The translations under genes were made by a program, and so were the position numbers. From the NCBI GenBank assembly GCA_002898775.1, contig BEHK01000018.1:7615-31614 (forward strand): a DNA stretch of 24,000 nt. Direction: 5' to 3'. This stretch comes from a bacterium HR08 (GTDB lineage Bacteria; Acidobacteriota; Blastocatellia; HR10). Of this stretch, positions 19,293 through 24,000 are shown piece by piece. The notes under the pieces are model-generated. The model ran no database searches. It was not told the DNA's origin and worked only from the letters and a program-made list of their open reading frames with translations. Numbering within the stretch: position 1 is the stretch's first letter; every line of letters begins with the position of its first letter.

Positions 19293-21056
19293 ATGGAGAA
19301 GCTCACGATCGGCCGTCTGCGGGATACGCTCTCGGGGCGGCGCGTCTTCGTGCGCATAGATGGGGACGTGCCGCGGCGGGAGGCGACGGGGGAGATCGCC
19401 GATGAGTTCAAGCTGCAGCAGGTGGTACCGACGCTGCGGTTGCTGATCGAGGCGGGAGCCCGCGTCGTCATCGGCACGCATTGGGGACAGCCGGGCGGGC
19501 GCGTGGTGGAAGCGTGGCGCGTGGATCCTCTCGCCGAGCGCTTGAGCCACATCTTGGGACGGCCCGTTCGGAAAGCGAATGAGTGCGTGGGGCGTCAGAT
19601 CGAACGGCTCGTGGATGAGCTGAAGCCGGGCGAGGTCCTGATGTTGGAGAATCTTCGCTTCCACGCGGAGGAGGATCTGGACGATGCGGCCTTCGCCCGT
19701 CAGTTGGCCGATCTGGCCGACGTCTATTGCAACGATGCCTTTGGACTGGCCCATCGTGGTCAGGCCTCGACCGTGGGCATCACGCGCTATGTGACTCCAG
19801 CGGCCGCCGGATTGCTGATGGAGCGCGAGCTGCTGATGTTGGAGGCCGTGTTGAAGAGTCCCCAGAAGCCGTTCCTGGCGGTCGTCGCGGGGGCGCGACT
19901 GTCGGAGAAATTGCCGGTCTTGGAGAACCTGCTCGCCCGCGTGGATCGCCTGTTCATCGGCGGCGCGCTCTGTTTCACCTTCCTCAAGGCGCAAGGGTAT
20001 GAGGTCGGGCATTCCCCGGTGGAGACCGCGTTTCTGAAGCTCGCCGAGCATTTCCTGGCGCGGGCCGAGCAGGTGCTCGGGAGCCGAGGGGAGATCTATC
20101 CGACCGGACTCGTCTTCCCTTCGGATTTCGTCGTCGTGGATGCGGAGGCCTTGGAGCAGGCGCAGGGAGATCCGGAGAAGATCGCCGCGCTCCCGCGCCA
20201 TGTCGTCGTGGCGTCGGAGATCCCGGCGTATGCCGTGGCCGTGGACATCGGGCCGATGACGGTCCATCATCTGGTGGAGTTGTTTGATTGGGCGCGCACG
20301 ATTTTTTGGAACGGGCCGCTCGGGCGGTGGGAAGACGCCCCGTTCGCAGAGGGGACGCGCGCCCTGGCTCAGTATGTGACCGAGCGCGTTCCGGCGGAGA
20401 AGAAGGACATCATCGTCTGCGGCGACAGCTTGACCCAAGCCATTCGTCAATTCGGCCTCCCCGTGGAGCGGATTCGCCATCTGAGCACGGGCGGCGAATC
20501 GGCGCTGAAGGTTCTGGCTGGGATGCCGCTGCCGGCGGTCGCGGCCTTGAGCGAGAGCGCGCAACCGGAACGGGCTGAGCGCGCGCGTCGCATTCTCATC
20601 CCTGTGGATGGATCGCCCAATGCCCGCTTGGCCGTCGAGCGGGTGAGTCAGTTGCTGGATGCCGCGCGGGCGGAGATCACGTTGCTGTATGTCGCGCCAC
20701 TTCCTCGGATCGAGCGCAGCAGCTATGTCAGCCCGGAGCGAGAGGCCGAGTGGCGAGCCGCGCATCAGTTGGAGGCCGAACGCATCTTCGCCGAAGCCAA
20801 CGCCGAGCTCGCGCGACGTGGGTTGACGTCGCATCGGCAGCTCATGGTCATGGGCGATCCGGCCGAGGAGATCCTGAAGCTCGCGGATCAGATGGGCGCG
20901 GATCTCATCGTCATGGGGGCGCGCGGACGCAGTGGGATCTTCCGCTTCCTCATGGGCAGCGTCAGTCGCAAGGTCCTCGATCAGGCCAGGTGTCCCGTCC
21001 TTTTGGTGCGCGTGCCGGATGAGGCGTTGGTGAAATCGGGCTTGATGGAAGGATGA
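19293..21056 (+). CDS. Phosphoglycerate kinase-like domain (approx. 19293-20550) fused in-frame to a C-terminal universal stress protein domain (approx. 20584-21030)
   Basis: ATG at 19293 follows GGGAGGGGG. PGK-like blocks: LENLRF, DAFGLAHRGQAS, DRLFIGGALCFTFLKAQG, DIGPMT, IFWNGPLGRWE, HLSTGGESALKVLAG.PLPAVAAL. The USP part is RRILIPVDGSPNA...LIVMGARGRSGIFRFLMGSVSRKVLDQARCPVLLV. It is a single uninterrupted ORF. Confidence 0.85.
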   Translation: MEKLTIGRLRDTLSGRRVFVRIDGDVPRREATGEIADEFKLQQVVPTLRLLIEAGARVVIGTHWGQPGGRVVEAWRVDPLAERLSHILGRPVRKANECVGRQIERLVDELKPGEVLMLENLRFHAEEDLDDAAFARQLADLADVYCNDAFGLAHRGQASTVGITRYVTPAAAGLLMERELLMLEAVLKSPQKPFLAVVAGARLSEKLPVLENLLARVDRLFIGGALCFTFLKAQGYEVGHSPVETAFLKLAEHFLARAEQVLGSRGEIYPTGLVFPSDFVVVDAEALEQAQGDPEKIAALPRHVVVASEIPAYAVAVDIGPMTVHHLVELFDWARTIFWNGPLGRWEDAPFAEGTRALAQYVTERVPAEKKDIIVCGDSLTQAIRQFGLPVERIRHLSTGGESALKVLAGMPLPAVAALSESAQPERAERARRILIPVDGSPNARLAVERVSQLLDAARAEITLLYVAPLPRIERSSYVSPEREAEWRAAHQLEAERIFAEANAELARRGLTSHRQLMVMGDPAEEILKLADQMGADLIVMGARGRSGIFRFLMGSVSRKVLDQARCPVLLVRVPDEALVKSGLMEG

Positions 21057-21057
21057 G

Positions 21058-22119
21058 TCAGGGGAGGACGCGCACGCGCCCTTCGGCTCCGGCGGTGATC
21101 TCCCCGATGACGGACGCCGCGAGCGCGCCGTTCTCGCGCAGCGCTTCGCAGAGCGCTTCCGTCCGCTCCGACGCGACGGCGATCAGAACCCCACCCGACG
21201 TTTGCGCATCGCAGAGCACAAGTTGCGCGTCTTCGGAGACGTCCGGCGCCCAGTCCACAAACGGGGCGAGATAGGCGTGATTGGCGAGCGTGCCGCCGGG
21301 CACGATGCGTTCGGCGACCAGCTCCCACGTCCCCGTGAGCACCGGAACGCGCGAGAGCCAGATCGTGGCGCTCACGCCGCTGGCGACGAGCAGATTGCGC
21401 AAGTGGCCGAGCAGTCCGTATCCGGTGACATCCGTCGCGGCGTGCACACCGATCTGCCGCATGGCGCGCGCGGCCGCGCGGTTGAGCGTCGTCATGACGC
21501 GGATGGCTTCGGCTTCGATCTCCGGTGAGACGCGCTCGCGCTTGATGCCCGTTGTGATGATCCCCAGACCGAGCGGTTTCGTCAGGATCAGGTGATCGCC
21601 CGGACGCGCGCCCGAGTTCGGGATGATCTCCGCCGGGCGCGCGAGGCCGAGCACGGCCAAGCCGTATTTCGGCTCCAGGTCGTCCACCGTATGTCCGCCG
21701 AGGATCACGACGCCCGCTTCGCGCGCCTTGTCGCTGCCGCCGCGCAAGATCTCGCTCAAAAGGCGGAGGGGGAGTCGCTTCGCCGGGAACCCTACGAGAT
21801 TCAGCGCCACGAGCGGCTCGACGCCCTTGGCATAGAGGTCGCTGAGGGCATTGGCGACGGCGATCTGTCCGAACGCATAGGGGTCGTCCACAATGGGCGT
21901 GAAGAAATCCGTAGTGAGGACGAGCGCCATCTCCTCATTGAGGACATAAACGCCCACATCATCGGAGGTCGCCACTCCGATGAGCACATGCGGGTCATCC
22001 ACCGGTGCCAGTGTGCTCAGGACCTCGACCAGGTCCTTCTGGCTGAGCTTGCACGCTCAACCGGCACCGTGGCTCAGTTGCGTCAGCCGAATGCGTTCGG
22101 TCTCCCCCATATCGCTCAT
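21058..22119 (-). CDS. selD: Selenide, water dikinase (selenophosphate synthetase) with in-frame TGA = selenocysteine at codon 21 (minus-strand TGA at 22059-22057); alternative start ATG at 22110
   Basis: The ORF track starts at 22002 (MDDPHVLIGVATSDD...). The same frame continues upstream through a single TGA as MSDMGETERIRLTQLSHGAG-U-ACKLSQKDLVEVLSTLAPV. This aligns with the E. coli SelD N-terminus [21 protein letters not shown], placing U at catalytic Cys17. The rest is canonical SelD (TTDFFTPIVDDPYAFGQIAVANALSDLYAKG, ATDVTGYGLLGHL, CDAQTSGG). Confidence 0.9.
22015..22048 (-). promoter_or_regulatory. SECIS-like stem-loop downstream of the selD UGA
   Basis: Minus-strand RNA after the UGA reads GCGUGCAA, then GCUC-AGCCAGA-AGGACCU-GGUCG-AGGUCCU-GAGC. 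That gives a 7-bp upper stem, a 5-nt G/U-containing apical loop 27-31 nt after the UGA, and a 4-bp lower stem. This is within the spacing range described for bacterial SECIS elements. Confidence 0.65.
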
Positions 22120-22146
22120 CCCCTGGCCCACGGGGAACGGGTCATA

Positions 22147-22968
22147 CTACGGCAGATCATGAGGCCGCGTCAACGCCGCGTCCGACGGGCATCGTTCGAT
22201 GGTCGGGGCGACCGCCGTCAGCAGCCGATAGCGACCCAGCCAATCGTTCATCCGAATGCGCATGAGGTCGAGCGCCATGCGCCAGGCATCGCGCAAGAGG
22301 CGGACCTTCGTCCCCTCTGCATGAGCCCAGAGGACTGGCGTCTCGCGAAGGCGCAAGCCGCACTTTCGCGCCAGATAGAGGATCTCCACATCGAATCCGA
22401 AGCCGCGAATCCGCTGGTGCTGAAAGATGGGGAGCAGGGGCGCGCGCCGATACGCCTTGAAGCCGCATTGTGTGTCCTTGAACGGAAGGCCGGTGAGCAG
22501 GCGCACGAGGAGATTGAAGATCCGCCCGGCCCACTGCCGCGCTCGCGTGGGGGGTTTTTGGATGAAGCGGCGATCGAGACCGCGCGAGCCAAAGGCGACG
22601 TCCGCACCTTCGACCGCGATGAGGTGGAGCAACCGTTCGACCTCCGCGATGGGAGCCGAGAGATCGGCGTCGGTGAAGAGGACGATCTCGCCGCGCGCGT
22701 CCAGGAAGCCTCGGCGAACGCTGTAGCCTTTTCCGAAGTTGCGCTCATTCCGTAACAGGCGCACGCTCACGTGTTCGCTCCGCCACGCATCGGCGAAGGC
22801 TTGGACCAGACGAGCCGTCTCGTCATGAGAACCATCGTCCACGACGATCACTTCGCTCGGGAAGGGACGGTGCTCCAGATAGTGAGTGATCTCTCGAAGC
22901 GAGCGCTCGATCCGATGGGCCTCATCGAAGGCCGGAACGATGACGGAGAGATAGGGCGCTCCTCCCAT
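22147..22968 (-). CDS. Family 2 glycosyltransferase, polyprenyl/dolichyl-phosphate hexosyltransferase-like (ALG5/DPM1-like); alternative TTG start at 22980
   Basis: LSVIVPAFDEAHRIERSL, VIVVDDGSHDETA, NFGKGYSVRRGFLDARGEIVLFTDADLS (DxD). Its stop lies 27 nt upstream of the selD ATG on the same strand. Confidence 0.85.
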   Translation of the reverse strand: MGGAPYLSVIVPAFDEAHRIERSLREITHYLEHRPFPSEVIVVDDGSHDETARLVQAFADAWRSEHVSVRLLRNERNFGKGYSVRRGFLDARGEIVLFTDADLSAPIAEVERLLHLIAVEGADVAFGSRGLDRRFIQKPPTRARQWAGRIFNLLVRLLTGLPFKDTQCGFKAYRRAPLLPIFQHQRIRGFGFDVEILYLARKCGLRLRETPVLWAHAEGTKVRLLRDAWRMALDLMRIRMNDWLGRYRLLTAVAPTIERCPSDAALTRPHDLP

Positions 22969-23058
22969 GTCCACCCGCAAGTATGGCGCAGGCCGCCCGA
23001 TTCGATCAAGAGCTCGATGGGAGCTGTTCCTCCGGCGAGGGGGAGGCGCGCGCCTTCC

Positions 23059-23087
23059 TTGTCAGCGTCGGGAGCATTCGATATGAT
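23059..23087 (+). promoter_or_regulatory. Sigma70-type promoter TTGTCA-N17-TATGAT upstream of plsY
   Basis: TTGTCA at 23059-23064 and TATGAT at 23082-23087, 27 nt upstream of the plsY ATG. Confidence 0.55.
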
Positions 23088-23089
23088 TT

Positions 23090-23105
23090 CCCTTTCGCGA
23101 AAGGG
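23090..23105 (+). promoter_or_regulatory. 16-bp perfect palindrome CCCTTTCGCGAAAGGG in the plsY leader, overlapping the purine-rich RBS region
   Basis: Read directly. It lies between the -10 hexamer and the ATG at 23114, and its 3' arm AAAGGG runs into the AGGGGGGAA Shine-Dalgarno-like tract. Confidence 0.5.
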
Positions 23106-23113
23106 GGGAAGCG

Positions 23114-23749
23114 ATGCTCGTGCGTTCCATGTTCGGGATGATCAGCGCGTATCTCCTCGGTTCGATCCCCTTCGGGTACCTGCTGGTCAAGTATGTCTTC
23201 ACGGATCGCCTCGACGTGCGCACGATCGGGAGTCGCAGCATCGGGGCGACCAACGTGAGTCGGATCGCCGGGGCGAAAGGGGGAGTGCTCACGGGCCTTC
23301 TGGACATTGGGAAAGGGATGGCGGCCGTGCTCTTCGCGGGGAAGCTGACGGCGAACGATCCCTGGTGGATGGGGTGGGCTGTGGCGTGCGCCGTCACCGG
23401 ACACATCTTCCCGATCTGGATCGGATTTCGTGGGGGAAAGGGAGTCGCGACGGGGGCGGGGGGGTATCTGCTCCTCTCCCCCCTGGCCGTCGTCTCGGGG
23501 CTCGCGTTGTGGGCGGTCGTTGTGTATGCGAAGCGATACGTCTCGCTCGGGTCTATCTTCGCGACCGCTTCGATCCCCTTCTGGATCTGGTTCTGGGAAG
23601 GGAAGGTCTTGCGCCATCCGCCGCAGGAGATCGAACCGTTGATCGTGACGGCAGCCGTGACCGGAGGATTGATCATCTTCCGGCATCGGGAGAATATCCG
23701 ACGACTGCTGGCGGGAACGGAGCGCAAGCTCGGGGCTCGCCTGTCATGA
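23114..23749 (+). CDS. plsY: Glycerol-3-phosphate acyltransferase PlsY (acyl-phosphate dependent)
   Basis: ISAYLLGSIPFGYLL, GSRSIGATNV and GHIFPIWIGFRGGKGVATGAG are PlsY signature blocks. The protein is multi-pass hydrophobic. Confidence 0.93.
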   Translation: MLVRSMFGMISAYLLGSIPFGYLLVKYVFTDRLDVRTIGSRSIGATNVSRIAGAKGGVLTGLLDIGKGMAAVLFAGKLTANDPWWMGWAVACAVTGHIFPIWIGFRGGKGVATGAGGYLLLSPLAVVSGLALWAVVVYAKRYVSLGSIFATASIPFWIWFWEGKVLRHPPQEIEPLIVTAAVTGGLIIFRHRENIRRLLAGTERKLGARLS

Positions 23750-24000
23750 ACGAGGGCTCGCATCGCATCGCGATCGTCGGCGCCGGCAGTTGGGGGACGG
23801 CGCTCGCGATCTTGGCGGCCCGGCGCGGGCATGTCGTCCGACTGTGGAGTCATGATGCGGAGATCGCGCGGGCGATCGGCGAGCAGCGCGAGAACTCTGT
23901 TTATCTGCCGGGCTTTTCGATCCCTCCGAGTGTGCGCGCGACGATGTCGCTTGAGGAGGCGCTGGAGGGGGCGGAGGTGGTGATCGGTGCCCTCCCCTCG
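23746..24000 (+). CDS. gpsA: NAD(P)H-dependent glycerol-3-phosphate dehydrogenase, N-terminal fragment (runs off the window)
   Basis: ATG at 23746 overlaps the plsY stop (ATGA). My own translation is MNEGSHRIAIVGAGSWGTALAILAARRGHVVRLWSHD...NSVYLPGF, with the Rossmann motif GAGSWGTALA typical of GpsA. It is absent from the ORF track because there is no stop in the window. Confidence 0.9.
   Translation, partial: MNEGSHRIAIVGAGSWGTALAILAARRGHVVRLWSHDAEIARAIGEQRENSVYLPGFSIPPSVRATMSLEEALEGAEVVIGALPS

Noticed and set aside
21058-22002. selD as an N-terminally truncated gene or pseudogene, as the ORF track implies
   Set aside because: The missing N-terminus is present in-frame upstream, interrupted only by one TGA exactly at the catalytic Cys/Sec position and followed by a SECIS-like hairpin. 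Sec recoding is the simpler explanation.

Overview
GC-rich bacterial chromosomal segment (taxon not determinable from sequence alone), densely packed and mostly housekeeping. Order: folC 3' end, LD-carboxypeptidase, SpoIID/LytB-domain protein, tpx, a small secreted protein with a Cys-rich tail, a weak orphan ORF, a 1337-aa secreted FG-GAP / beta-helix / Ig-like protein, recF, gyrB, queC-like, rtcA, a USP, a Cys/Met-metabolism PLP enzyme, eno, a SAM methyltransferase, rpsT, a PGK-like::USP fusion, selD, a GT2 glycosyltransferase, plsY and the gpsA 5' end. I found no rRNA, tRNA, CRISPR array, transposase/integrase or recognisable defence system. Most long ORFs opposite the called genes are GC-driven shadow ORFs. 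The best-supported non-obvious finding is that selD is a selenoprotein gene. An in-frame TGA sits at the position of the catalytic Cys, a SECIS-like hairpin follows it, and the ORF track truncates the gene there. Other observations: a PGK-like protein with degenerate catalytic motifs fused to a USP domain. A secreted protein with 9 Cys in its last 30 residues, whose promoter shares an exact 13-bp element with divergent tpx. An orphan rtcA behind an unexplained ~550-bp non-coding region. A GT2-selD putative operon. I cannot claim a clear new multi-gene system; the functional ideas are hypotheses that need homology or structure searches I cannot run here.
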